A DNA stretch of 62,206 nucleotides, the filler included, from Phoronis australis (taxonomy: Eukaryota; Animalia; Phoronida): NCBI GenBank assembly GCA_002633005.1. It is 9 parts of 9 records of this genome, joined end to end, with 100 filler letters (N's around TTAATTAATTAA, not from the genome) between each part and the next. Parts side by side here need not be neighbours in the genome. Positions count along the whole stretch, not along the records: positions 1 to 14,661 come from NMRA01000080.1; 8 more parts are not named here. One strand, written 5' to 3'. Both the position numbers and the translations under genes were made by a program. The notes beneath the pieces were generated by a model. The model was not told where the DNA came from and did not search any database. It saw only the letters and a list, made by a program, of their open reading frames with translations. Each line of letters begins with the position of its first letter. Within the stretch, counting starts at the first letter, position 1. Shown here one piece after another: positions 1-12,633 of the stretch.

Positions 1-339
1 TGGTCCCTCTGCGAACTGGTCCTGTTTATATTTTCACCACGATGTACAGAATGTTTTGGTTTCTTGAAACTGTTTTCAGCTGATTCGTTTCCAGATACAT
101 TTGACGTTTTTCAATTGTGGTCAACGTGATTCAGCTTAATGAAGTGATACCTAATTGTTTATTGTCGCTTTTAATAATATACTATGAGCTGAGAGCACCA
201 TCGTTTGCCAGTTTTTCTCATAATTAGACAGAACACATGTTTATTTCCAGACTAACAGTACAGGTCTTCGTTCTTAAACAACTTGAGGCTGCTGTTACGC
301 GATCATCTGTTATTCAATGTTTTACTCCCCGTCGGGTGC

Positions 340-771
340 TCCTTATGCTCTTGAATATTTGGTAGTTGTCTAACCCCCCACACACACCACACTTTTTCAT
401 ATACGACTTTTCGTATGCTAAAAAGGTGTGTATAAGCAGATGTTCCAACAAAAATTTTTGCTGGTGGCGTGATTCATACCCAGATGTGCACAAATATGGT
501 TTCACGAAACTTGTGAGCCACGTTCATGCGACGAAATCGAGAAGGGTTTTAAATTATCTTAAGAAAAACTCAAGAGACATGTTATTAGTGCCAGAAACTT
601 ACCAGGATGCATGGAAATTTCACTATTTGGCTACCAAAACAAAAAAAATGGTCTTACACGGAGGGGGGAAACGCCCCTCCCGACCTCCCCCCTCTCGGCG
701 CCACGTGCCTCGGATTCGACCTTTGCGGGAATCCTAAACCCCCCCTTACTGAAAACGTAGATCCGCCCCTG
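340..771. mobile_element. Non-autonomous DNA transposon remnant ending in ...GTAGATCCGCCCCTG; an inverted copy lies at ~56293-56675
   Basis: 340-735 matches the reverse complement of 56293-56675 (both give the spurious ORF CTSGYESRHQQKFLLEHLL). The terminus is shared with the CAG(T/G)GGCGGAT MITE family. Confidence 0.7.
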
Positions 772-1414
772 ATGACTACACCAGTCACATGTATACAGAC
801 TACAAGCTAAAGCAGTTTGAAAAGGAGTTGATTGATGAAGATGTTCAAGAGAAAATTCGGCTGAAGTCCACAGAAAAGGAAAAAAAGAGGAGTTCATTCG
901 CCAGATTGACATGACAATTAAAGAACTTGAAAACGAAAAGAAAGAAATTCTCTAAGCCAGCGCTAACTTTGGTGCATTCCTGAAACAAAACGCTTTAATT
1001 CCCTTCAACGACGCTGTAAAGGACTATCTTGATATGATACTTGAGCAGGAGCAAAACAAGGTAGAAGACAAAAGAGATAAAGAGAAAGTTCGCCGCATGA
1101 CACAGCTTCCGCAAATGTACAAAGAGGACAAAAAGCGCATTGATGATATCGCAACAGACTCTCCTATAACACCAAAAGATATACAGAGAGTTCAAGACAA
1201 GCTATTCGGCCTTAAACATTATGGAAAGACATTGAAAGATATGTTCGATGGAATAGCCATATCGAAATCAGTAGGAAGTGCTTCTTTTAATGAGCAACGT
1301 GTTTTTGTAACTGAAAACAAGACGCCGCCATCGCCGGCTCCCCGTCAGAGTTCTCGGGCACCACTGAAAGAAGCTGTGAACAAGCTGATTAACATTTTCA
1401 AGGGTTTCTTTTAA
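772..1414 (+). pseudogene. Disabled C-terminal coiled-coil part of an uncharacterised P-loop G-domain (DUF8206-type) protein
   Basis: Reads DYTSHMYTDYKLKQFEKELIDEDVQEKIR..., then a frameshift in the A-run near 880, then EEFIRQIDMTIKELENEKKEIL*(TAA 953-955)ASANFGAFLKQNALIPFNDAVKDYLDMILEQE...LFGLKHYGKTL. The FGxFLKxNAxIPxNDxxxxYLD and LKHxGKxL motifs recall that family. The 5' end is cut by the transposon ending at 771. Confidence 0.55.
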
Positions 1415-4400
1415 TGCAAAGCCATGCATTAACTTGTAAATGAACAGTGAACTACAATTATTCATGCGTGGTACATGCATGCATAGCCTTGTCATTTCTG
1501 TGCAGTCATGAAGGGTTTTTGCGGACTTATCTATTTCACGCGCCACACGTGCTGCAAGCTTCGCCACTCATCTGCATGCTTTTTTTGGACACATTACTCT
1601 TCCATTTCTGATTTTTCTACAAGAATGACTTCGCTAAGCTTTAGCGCTCAAGCCCAATTTCCCATGAAAAGTGGTTCAAAGTATCGCTTAATGTAAACAA
1701 GCACGTGTGAGCATATGTAATATAGCAGACGAATGTTGACTATGATCTATGGTAGCAGTTTTTGTGTGTATTCGCTCTGATCAGTCTGAGATGTTTTTGT
1801 ATGAAGCCTGTGACTTTTTAGTGCCAAATGATCTGATATTGCACAAATCTTTTGCACAAATGTTTGCGTGGTGGTTGACCCACGTAGCACCTTATTGTAG
1901 TTTGATATTTTATTATTAAAAGCGAAGTCTATCTAATGTGTTTCCGTTATGCTTCTATAGGCTTAGCAGTAATTTCTGTTTGTAATCCCGTGGCGCACAT
2001 TCAGAAAATAGCTAAACGTTTGCTTTTCTGTTATGCCAATTGTAAGCCAGAATAGGTGATCTATAAACGAAAATGTGTCGGCTGTATCGTCAAGAAATGA
2101 AGCCCAATACGTGTAATTAGAAGATTATGATATACAACTTGTTTCTCTTTAGATAAGCCAAAAACCGTTAAAATGAACTTGTCCTATTTCTCAGCAAGCC
2201 TGTTCTTGTTTTACACCAGCTGACAGCGTACATTTTGGGAAACTTAGCAAACCGTAGAAATCTTTCATAATGGCTGTGGAAGTAAACAAAGTGACCTATA
2301 TTCGGAAACCTTCCAAAGTATCGTCTAAGATGTGGAACTGTTTGCTTCATTTCAAAAAGGATGCCCACGCCATAAACTGTACATTTTGCTTGCAAGAAAA
2401 TAACTTATGGGGAGCAGCGTATCACAAGTTTTATCTGGTGAGTTAAAGTTACGTGTTTACAAGAAATCAGCTCCACATTGCGCACTCCTCCATTAATAGA
2501 ACAGTACTTCATGAGTTCATTTTGTTTTGGTGTAACAGGTGTTTAAGTTCAACTTTACACTGCAACTCAATCAGAGAATTGCTATCTTAAGTAATACATT
2601 TGTTGTGGTATATTGTTTATTTTAATGCGCAATGTACTCTAAATAATAAGTCATTTTAATGAACAATGTTGTTGAAGTTGAATTAAAATATCCATCTGTA
2701 CCCAGTCTGAATTATTCGTGTCACTTGAGAATGAGCAGTGCTGTAGTGGTATAATTAGAGGTAAGTAGGCGCCCAAAGCCCACCGTATCACCTAGAGCAC
2801 TGAACGTAACTTTCGGTGCGTAAGCGCTACGTCCAAATGCCAAAAGGTGGTTGCCTACCCCCCACTACAACACTGAGAATGAGACAAAAAACATTTAACA
2901 AATCAAATATAACTAAGGTCTTCATACGCAGATAAAACATATGTGGGACATTGTCTACCAAGAAATAGTTTGGACTGTTGAGTACTTGGAGAGACATATT
3001 AAGTATTTGTTCCAAGTGAATCATATAATGAACATTCGAATACGAAAGATCTCATTTTCAACTTGGTTGTAGTTAGTAATCGTTCATCCGCAGGAATATA
3101 ACGACCAGTTTCTATTTGTTAGGCAAAAGTACCATCGTATGCCTAGTCATAGATGTTGAGTGTCACCTGATTTTTTGAGACGCTTTGAAGTTTAGCTTTT
3201 GTTTTCGTCGTGTGAGGTTTTGGGAAATTAATGCGTAAATTGTTAATGCGATTTCTGTTTGAACGATTATTTGGGTCAATCTTTAGACCAACGTGTTCGC
3301 TTTATAGCTGCATGATGGTGTTCGTGTTTTGTCAGTAGATTGTTAGATAATGTTGGACTGCAATAGCTAAAGTACATTAGAGGAAACTGCACGAAATTAT
3401 ACTTACATCAATGATGATAACCTTTAGCTATGGTGAGATAAAGCAAGGGGTGATAATCGAACCTTGCCACGAACACTGAATTTCGAACAGGATCACAGAA
3501 CCCTTTCCAGCCCTTCATATAGCTTTCCCAGGATTCACATATTAGCAAGCATTTGAGACAAAATGCTTCTGAAACGGTGTATCCAATACACCAATTCAAT
3601 ATTCCTGACAAAACCGACCAATCACTCTCGTGGCCGTCATTTTGCTAGGATTGGATGGTTTGCTCACTCGCTTAAATTTGAGATGTCTTGCGTGAGTTCA
3701 CTTTTCTGGCAAGAAACTTGATCTACGAAACACTACACTGATTACAATTCACTGTGGATGTGAAGTGTTCTAGCGCATATCGTAGTGGTTATAATTCAAG
3801 TGTTTTAGTGCACATGGTTATAATTCAAGATCCAGAGAAAGTGTTCTCTTCATGTAGTACTGTAGTGAGAGGTGTTCTGGTGGTCTAAGTTCTTGGGGAA
3901 AGCGGCGAGAGTTTCCGTTCCACGCTAAAGGTTCGATCACCACTCGGTGCAAATGGCAAGTTCAAGTAACGTTAGTGTTGCTTGGTAATTCTACTTAACT
4001 TTGATGCGTAACCAGACAAATGTTGATTTCTCGTGTGATAAATACACAACATTATGATCATTATTAATGTATTCAGTAATAAATTGTTTTGCATTCGCTT
4101 AAGAACGTTGTCTTCTTGAATACAAGAACCCCTGCAAATGCTGTACTTAACCAATTTTCTGGACTTTATCGGGATGCACGTATCAATTATTAAGTGCACG
4201 TATTCAAGTACGTTTAGACGACTTATGTTGCAAATATTGTACCCCCTAACAACACCGTACTGGCAAGGGTCTTCAAAGGGTCAAATGGTCTCTTGAATTT
4301 CCCTTCTTCTCCGGGTTTCGCCGTCATTCTTTTCTTCTCGACTGCCACGCCCATGCAGGTTCCCACGGTTTAACCCTGACGCCTGTAAATTACTGGGGGC

Positions 4401-5804
4401 ACTTGTCCCCCTAACTGGCTCCCCCGGTTGTTAGGGTCGTGATTTCACTTGAGGATGGCTACAGCTCAGTTCCGCCTAACCATTCAGTCTGCGCTCCCAT
4501 TTACTTTTCAACCATCAGTTAGCTGCAGATGGATCACTAAAAGAACTCAGGTTGTCTTAGGAAAATTTTTCAAATCACACGTTGCGAAAAAATTAGACAA
4601 ATTCGTTGTTCAATCACATTTTCATTAATGATAAAACCGACACATTAAAGTGTACACAACATGACTCTAGTACCTCAAAATAAATTTTATTATTATATCT
4701 TACTTGATTTCAGTGCCTTTAGTGCACAGCTCATAAAGAAACACGCAAAAATTGAAAAAAATAATAATTATGTACAACGTCATGGGTTGAACCCAAGTCG
4801 TTCGCCATACCGTTCGGATCAGAGACAAAGTGTATAGAGTGAAGAGAATGCAAAGTACATTTAGCGTCGAGAAGGTTCGTANNNNNNNNNNNNNNNNNNN
4901 NNNNNNNNNNNNNNNNNNNNNNNNNNNNNNNNNNNNNNNNNNNNNNNNNNNNNNNNNNNNNNNNNNNNNNNNNNNNNNNNNNNNNNNNNNNNNNNNNNNN
5001 NNNNNNNNNNNNNNNNNNNNNNNNNNNNNNNNNNNNNNNNNNNNNNNNNNNNNNNNNNNNNNNNNNNNNNNNNNNNNNNNNNNNNNNNNNNNNNNNNNNN
5101 NNNNNNNNNNNNNNNNNNNNNNNNNNNNNNNNNNNNNNNNNNNNNNNNNNNNNNNNNNNNNNNNNNNNNNNNNNNNNNNNNNNNNNNNNNNNNNNNNNNN
5201 NNNNNNNNNNNNNNNNNNNNNNNNNNNNNNNNNNNNNNNNNNNNNNNNNNNNNNNNNNNNNNNNNNNNNNNNNNNNNNNNNNNNNNNNNNNNNNNNNNNN
5301 NNNNNNNNNNNNNNNNNNNNNNNNNNNNNNNNNNNNNNNNNNNNNNNNNNNNNNNNNNNNNNNNNNNNNNNNNNNNNNNNNNNNNNNNNNNNNNNNNNNN
5401 NNNNNNNNNNNNNNNNNNNNNNNNNNNNNNNNNNNNNNNNNNNNNNNNNNNNNNNNNNNNNNNNNNNNNNNNNNNNNNNNNNNNNNNNNNNNNNNNNNNN
5501 NNNNNNNNNNNNNNNNNNNNNNNNNNNNNNNNNNNNNNNNNNNNNNNNNNNNNNNNNNNNNNNNNNNNNNNNNNNNNNNNNNNNNNNNNNNNNNNNNNNN
5601 NNNNNNNNNNNNNNNNNNNNNNNNNNNNNNNNNNNNNNNNNNNNNNNNNNNNNNNNNNNNNNNNNNNNNNNNNNNNNNNNNNNNNNNNNNNNNNNNNNNN
5701 NNNNNNNNNNNNNNNNNNNNNNNNNNNNNTTAAAGAAAACAAACAATGTCAAATTTGTGAAAGTGTCCCGGTTTTTGAATCTGAACTGATTACGGCAGAA
5801 ACAT

Positions 5805-6520
5805 TTAGTTCAAGTTGTCACGTAAGCACGATAAAATTTCATGGCCAAGAAATCGCACTTGCTCTTGGCTAGCCAGATTTGTGACGTAATCGACAGAGAA
5901 AAGAAATTTCCCGCGATATGTCGTAGCGTTGAACGACATGGGAAACCCGTAGTATTGAATGCTGGTGGCGCGCGCTAACCAAGTGACAGTCACGTGCTTG
6001 TACAACCCGGGAAACATCAACTTGATATCTCTCATATTAGAAACTCCGTAGTCGAACAAGCATTTCGGACTTTTTTTCATCTCAGTAACTTGTTGTTTAC
6101 TGTCGTGCAGCTGGTTAATAGTTAAAACGTTGCGAGCCATGTCTCTCGCTCTAAGTTTCTCTTGCAACAGTTTGGATGCATCCTTTACGGACTTCCAAAA
6201 AGAGACTGATGTGAGATTTGACACTTCAAACGATATAACCCCTTCGCCGATATTGAAACCAAGAACGTCAGGCGTCTCGTAGCAACGCCGCAGACTAACG
6301 GCACTCGCCGAAAGGATTTCCGTCTTGTCATCTGCTATGTTGTTACTAGTCCACTGCTGTTTAGTGTAAGCGCGACTTAGGACGATATTGATTGCTGTCA
6401 GAAGAGCCCCGTGGACAGTAGCACCCTCTGACCTACATTTTGCGACGAGTTTTGACGTTTCTTCATCATTTAAATGGCCAAGGTCAACAAACGCTGTTTT
6501 CACTGGCTCGTCACGGTTCG
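5805..6520 (-). CDS. Condensation-domain / CoA-dependent acyltransferase (PapA5/alcohol acetyltransferase-like), coding exon 2
   Basis: Acceptor tgttttacag at 6521-6530, phase 1 and matching exon 1. Motifs LVAKCRSEGATVHGALLTA, AVSLRR, FWKSVKDAS, GVSNMRDI. Stop at 5805-5807. Confidence 0.85.
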
Positions 6521-7085
6521 CTGTAAAACAAAAAAGTATTACTGAAAGCAACAAGACAATCTGGACCGTGAGTTCATTTCGTGAAACCTCTTGAATAAGT
6601 GGTGAAGGGATTGATCTTGTGAAACACACTTATACTTTGTGTGACGAAGGATACAAGCACGTTAAAATTCTCATGTTTTACTCTTTATCAGGCTGCAGAC
6701 CCGGTACGGTCACAAAATCGTTGAAAATCTACAATATGAAAACTACTCATTAATGACCAAGTTACTTTTCTCCAATAGGACGTATGCCATCATGTTACGA
6801 TTGCCATAAACGGTGTGGCAATCTCCGAAACCATAAGGTTGCAGAACAGTTAGTCGGTAAATATCTTTTACCACAGAGGATGATCATTTACCACTGACCA
6901 CAATGGGTTACACCGCACCACAGGAACTCTAGAACCACATATGAACAACTTTTACCACACGAACAATACTGCAGTGCGCGTGGTTGTCGGTCAGCTTTCC
7001 TGATGTTCTTTGTGCGTGGTGAGCATTTTTATGGTGCGTGAGTACTCCGCCATTAGTGGAAAATTCTCTTAAGATGTTTTGTAAG

Positions 7086-7348
7086 CAGTGGCGGATTCTG
7101 CCAGATAGCATTTGGGAGTTCGGGTGCGAATTGCCGACTAGCACATGTTCGCAACCAGGGGCGGCTTCGGGGACGAAGGCCCTGAAAAGACGCCGTTTGC
7201 CGTTTTTTTTTTGGTCAACAGATCTGGAAACCCAAAATTCGAGGCCCCTGCGTCCCCACATTTGAGGCTGGGCGCTCACATCTGCCGAAATTCTCGTTAT
7301 TCCTTTGACCTGGCCCCCCTAACTCAAAATCCCCTGGATTCGCCCCTG
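7086..7348. mobile_element. MITE, TIR CAGTGGCGGAT...ATTCGCCCCTG, 5-bp TSD GTAAG, inside the acyltransferase intron
   Basis: GTAAG at 7081-7085 and 7349-7353, with inverted termini. Confidence 0.8.
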
Positions 7349-8994
7349 GTAAGGGTTCCTTTTTAACCTTTCACGGTGCGAAGCTAAATTGAGTTTAATT
7401 TGCTGGTGGGATTTAAAAAAATTATCAAACGTGTGACATCTGTTGTTGTCGCACTCAACGCATATTGTCGCCCCCAACTGTGTTGGCAGCCCAAGAAATA
7501 TGCAAGAAACCCAAAACAAGATTGTAACAAATTGACCAGGGAAACATAAAGAAGATGAAAATGAAAAAAATTATTGTGTCGAGACCAGATAAAACGAGAC
7601 CTCTGAATATGAATTTTATACCACTAGTGTGTTTAATTCCAGGCTCATTGAGAGTGTACTGGTGAGGCATATCATAACCCGATTTAAAAGTTCGCAAACA
7701 ATTTTTGTCTGGTACGCACACCACCTGGACGAAATAAATACAAACCTGAAGATTTCTGCCCCGACTAGATTTTAAAGTACCAGTTCCTATAAATATTATG
7801 CGCGAAACTGTTGACGATAATAACCAAGAAAGGTGCCAGCCTCGTTAGCCGGCAAAGTGTGCGTTTCGAATAAGAGCTTCCTAATATGAAGTTTGTAAAA
7901 AAGGTTTATGGAAGGGACCAAGGACCGGGTATCGGAAAGAAAGCCTCTCTTGTGGCTGGTTTCACGCATGCAGTCACCACAAGCCAGTTGCTGGGTAACA
8001 GTCAGCTGTATGGATTCCTGATTTCAGATTAACACGCGTTATTCAATGGAACTGGAAGTAACTGGTTCTGAAATCAGGAATCATTCGGGAGCTATAAAAT
8101 CTATTGTCAAGTTGCCTCCCTTGCTACGTGTGGTCACTGTCGTACCCCGGTGTCATTCTACCCGATGCCAAATGGCCAGTCTTTTGGTTATCGATCTCTT
8201 CCGCTGTTGCCAATTCGTACCGTAATGCCGCGCCATTAGGCCCATTGGCGTCTGTGCGAAGCTGTGCTTATATGCAAAATTAAGGCGCGTTCGCCAATAT
8301 GGGAACCATTTGGGTAAAAACACGCGAAAAAGGGCATTATTTCGTATGCTCCTAAAGGCGCGGCAATGCGGTATGCCGCCACTCCTGATCTATGATTGTC
8401 ACGACGGCGTCACTCTGAATGGTAACCGTTCTCCAGTCGCGTTCGCGTTTAAGGTGTAACCGAAGCTTTCTATAATGGAACACAACGCATACGTGAGCGT
8501 GAACTTGTGACCTCCGGTAAATAACGTGTTCGCGTTCAACGCGTAGGCGAAACTCAAATTTACATGGGCGACGCAGCACTGAAATAAATGGAGAATATAG
8601 CACCCCGCAAAGTGACACAAATTATCGTCGTCCATGGCTTTACCCTGGTGTGGCAATATGCATTTATTCCGTGAATGCTGACTGGTATTGTTGCCTGGGC
8701 AACACTGTATCACTACACTGTATCTATATACACGCGCACATAAAATCGACCCTGGGGGACGATAATTGGCCTACACGTCGAGTGCGACAATGTATGATAA
8801 CAGTGCGACTCATTTTAGAGACAAGCGCACAATTTTCGAGGCTATGATCCTCAATTTATATTCTCACTGTCCAACAATTTTTCTCTCGAACTGTTCGGAA
8901 ATGGGTTAAGATCTTTGCCTCGAATAATATCCATTTGGTGAAACCATTTTAATCTAAGTGTAGATTTGCACCACCTGACAACAGAAATCTATAC

Positions 8995-9649
8995 CTGGAA
9001 ATACACATGACCAGAGGGCAGTGCCTTGGGACAATGCCAAATCTTCCTTCAACGCGTCAACGACTTCCGACCACAAGTACTCATTTTGAGGCAAGAGATC
9101 CTCGGCAGACGGGTAGATTTTTGTATTTTCCCGTATTTCCAATTTTTCTCCACCTAAGTTCGCGTCCAAACGCTCCATCAAGTTGTTACACATAATGACA
9201 TTAGAGGTACCGTCAGTGATCACGTGACACCAACTAATCAGCAGGGTGTAAGTAAACGCAAACTCTTCAGTAGGCCTACTCCCGTCAATAAGTTTGACTC
9301 TCCACATCGGAACGGTTTCACTAAACGGGGTGTCCAGCATACAGTTGAACACATCTAACCAATTGTCCTGCACGCGCTCATAATCGATAGAGGTTGACTG
9401 ATCTTCACAGAAATACTTGGTGCCTTCAATCTCCCTAATAACCATCCGCAACATGGGATAATGACCACGCCACTCCTGCAAACACGTCTTCATGATATCA
9501 TCGGTGACCGGTTTGGTGGTAGCAAGAGTCAGGTTGTAAACAATCGTGAAAGACTTCTCAGACACAAGTGGAAGCAAGCCAGCTTCAGATGGACCCAAAG
9601 CTCGGACCACACCGTGGTCAGATGTCACTGACGACATGAAGTTGGACAT
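8995..9649 (-). CDS. Condensation-domain / CoA-dependent acyltransferase, coding exon 1
   Basis: ATG at 9649. Motifs RALGPSE, HYPMLRMVI, PMWRVKL and the catalytic HxxxDG (CHVITDGTS). Donor CCAG|GTAT is phase 1. 655+716 nt gives 456 aa plus stop. Confidence 0.85.
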
Positions 9650-10122
9650 TGTACTTGATATTTCCTTGTGTTGAACTGAATGTCAACTTCGCCTGATTTG
9701 TCAGTGTTCAATATCTGAGTGGTCTTTTAAGGACAACTGTACCTTCCAGGCTCACAACACCCCGACAATGTCTACAACACACCACAAAACTACAACATCC
9801 ACAATTTTTACAACACCCAACGAAACAACAACACACCACAAAGCTCACAACACAACGGAAATAGGTGTCGCTGTATTTAAGTCGCTCTCTCGAATTGGAG
9901 GAATAATAACATTTTACACCACGGATTTGACAAGATCGACATCGAAGAGATTGGAGAATTTACTATTACTGAGGAGGTTTCGCTACGTAAAATGCCCATC
10001 TTGGACCGTGGTTGTTTGTCTCTGCTATGCAGCAAATGTCAGCGACAGTTCGCGTCATCTTCTGATAGAATTTGGGTGAGTTTATTGAAACTGACTTACA
10101 CCGAGCAAAGCCAGGCCAGGTG

Positions 10123-11049
10123 TAGGCAATGACCATCGCCTCCGTTGGCCCGAACCAGAGGCGATGCAGAGGCTATAGGCGCTCTGTACGCCGGAAGCTT
10201 TTCGGCGAATTATGCCTCGCACCGACTAAACCATCAAAGCCACGTTGTTATAAATACCTTTTGCGCATAGAGGAACACCTGAGGAGGTTGTTGATTTGTT
10301 TAATTCCTTCCAACTCGAACAAATACTCCCATTAATAATTATCAAACTTTTTCTTCGAGCAGTCCCTATTTCAGTTCCCAAAATCATGAACTCACCATTT
10401 TTATACTGCGCACGCTCCAATTTTACCGCGCTCGCTAGGTGATGTGACTTCATGACCTCAAGCCGCCAAAGGTGAGCCATTGCGGTCTTGTCAGTCAAAT
10501 GTTCGTTTCCAAAATGCCACCACTTATACTTGTCTTTAATTGGCGTTACTTGAAACTGATTGTATTTCAATGAATTATTGTTTGTATTTGATAAAAATAA
10601 ATGCTGTTGATATGACATTTAATAGTCTTTGTGCACATATTTGACATTTTAATGTTTAACAACACGGCAAATGCACGGCTGGTTCCCGGCAGCACGTACG
10701 CGAAGGGCGGGAACTTCAGCTTTCAAAGTTCGCCGGTAGGTCCGCAACTTCTGACCTTCGGCCTAGTTAAAAAAATGAAAAAGTTGATTTCACGATTTTG
10801 GGAACTGAAATAGGGACTGCTCGAAGAAAAAGTTTCATAACGGGAGTATTTGTTCGAGTTGGAAGGAATTAAACACATTGACAACCTCCTAAGGTGTTCC
10901 TCTATGCGCAAAAGGTATTTATAACAACGTGACTTTGATGGTTTAGTTGGTGCGAGGCATAATTCGCTGAAAAGCTTCTGGCGTACAGAGCGCCTATAGC
11001 CTCTGCATCGCCTCTGGTTCGGGCCAACAGAGGCGATGGTCATTGCCTA
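10123..11049. mobile_element. MULE/Mutator-like non-autonomous element, ~270-bp TIRs, 9-bp TSD GGCCAGGTG
   Basis: TIRs 10123-10394 and 10785-11049 (TAGGCAATGACCATCGCC...). TSD at 10114-10122 and 11050-11058. Confidence 0.9.
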
Positions 11050-11084
11050 GGCCAGGTGCTACCACTTCAAGAAGACTACACTGC

Positions 11085-11890
11085 GGTAGCGTAGTATTGC
11101 AAGTTTCGAACCCGGTTCCTCAGGTGTCCTAACCACTTGACCTAACTGCAATTTCCCGTAGATGAGTAATTAAGAGAGAGGCCTTTATATTACTACACTC
11201 ACTGCAGATTCACCACACTTTTCCCCATCTAATGTAATGATTGGGGTCACGCCACCTGGAACTCAACATCAGACCGGCCCCTCTTAATCGGCCTCCTCCT
11301 CAGCCATTATGGCACTATCAATCTCAGGAGGTTGTGTGATCCCTTTCTGTTGTGGTGTGTAATGTTGTGAATTAATACACAGGTTCTCATGCAGCTTACC
11401 TTTACTCATGTGAAAGCTTGAATACACGCTTGAGATGAAGATCCACAAACGCAGACGTCCTGCGTGCAGCAGGGCCACACGAAGAGAGAGCTCTCCCGAT
11501 TCCCCAGTCACATGACAATACTAGAACTTTACAACATCCGGCCACTGACGGAAACCCACGGACGAACACGAACACAGAGACAACACGAAAGACGAGACCA
11601 CACAAACCAACATTCACAACAGTACTTACCATTGTTGGGTGCCAATGTAGTGAAAAATCACCTAGTCCAAGTTTCAAACCCTGTTGGCCTACCTCTTGCT
11701 TCGATGCCAGGCGTCCTAACCAGTCGACCAAAGATCAATTGCCCATAGGCAAGTGATTAAGAGAGGCCTACACTCACTACAGATTCACCACAGCATTACA
11801 TTGTAGAGGGCGACTGTGAGATGCCCAGCCCGGGAATCGAACCAGCAACCCTGATAAAATGGGCAGGCATGCTAACTACTAGGCTAATAA
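11085..11890 (-). repeat. Cluster of degenerate tRNA-derived SINE-like fragments
   Basis: Reverse B-box-like GGTTCGA motifs near 11105 and 11835, plus a repeated GAGAGGCCT...ACACTCACT.CAGATTCACCACA block at ~11176 and ~11761. Confidence 0.4.
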
Positions 11891-12230
11891 TAAGCCCGTT
11901 AGTGTGAGGCTAACAAAGGCTCGTGATTCACTGGAAGCACGGAGACAGTTTCATCGAAGTCTCTGCTTTGATTACCAGGCCGGGTAATTACTGCTGCGTT
12001 ACTAGTATTACACAGTACCACCACTGGCCAGTAAGTAATACAAGGACTTACATTAACCAGGATAGGAAATTCTCCATTTGTTTGTTGCTTCATGTTGTAA
12101 AATCAATCTTTGATTGGTTACTGTATGCTTTGTGTTTCCTATGTCTGATAAGTCTGCTGAATGTGCTTCCATTGATAATTCTGTTAATCGTTGAATAAGC
12201 GTAAACACAGTTTCTGTGTTGTTACGATCC

Positions 12231-12633
12231 GGGGCCAGTCTCTAATCTTTGTACTCGAAACGAACTCGAAACTGTTTTTGTCAATTTCTCTGCTCCTTTT
12301 GTGCGAACTTAAGATAATTGGTTATCAGACTGTGCTCGAATGCATTATAGTTTATGCATAGGAATTTCTAGTTCAAGTTTGCCCTTGAAGACCCTTATCT
12401 TCGTGCTACAAACTCGAGTAAAAACTCGAAATTTCGAGTTCAAACTCGAACTTATTGCTTTAATATTGGGTTTACAAACTGTGAACTAAGGGCAATAAAT
12501 TATCTACGTAAGTTATTGTGTACTCGAGCATAGAATAATAGACACTTATCTTGAGTTCGCCCAAAAGTAGAGTAGAAAATGCCAAACATAATTTCGAGTT
12601 CCATTTCGAGTAAAAAGATTGGAGACCGGGCCC
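12231..12633. mobile_element. PIF/Harbinger-like MITE
   Basis: Imperfect TIRs GGGGCCAGTCTCTAATCTTT / AAAGATTGGAGACCGGGCCC with internal ACTCGAAA subrepeats. Confidence 0.6.

Noticed and set aside
4700-5789. Long ORFs of 293-350 aa
   Set aside because: They run through an N gap (poly-X). The same applies to ORFs at 25348-25624 and 40974-41570.
10129-11043. Repeated ORF MTIASVGPNQRRCRG... (three copies) as a small gene family
   Set aside because: It is the translation of the MULE-like TIR.
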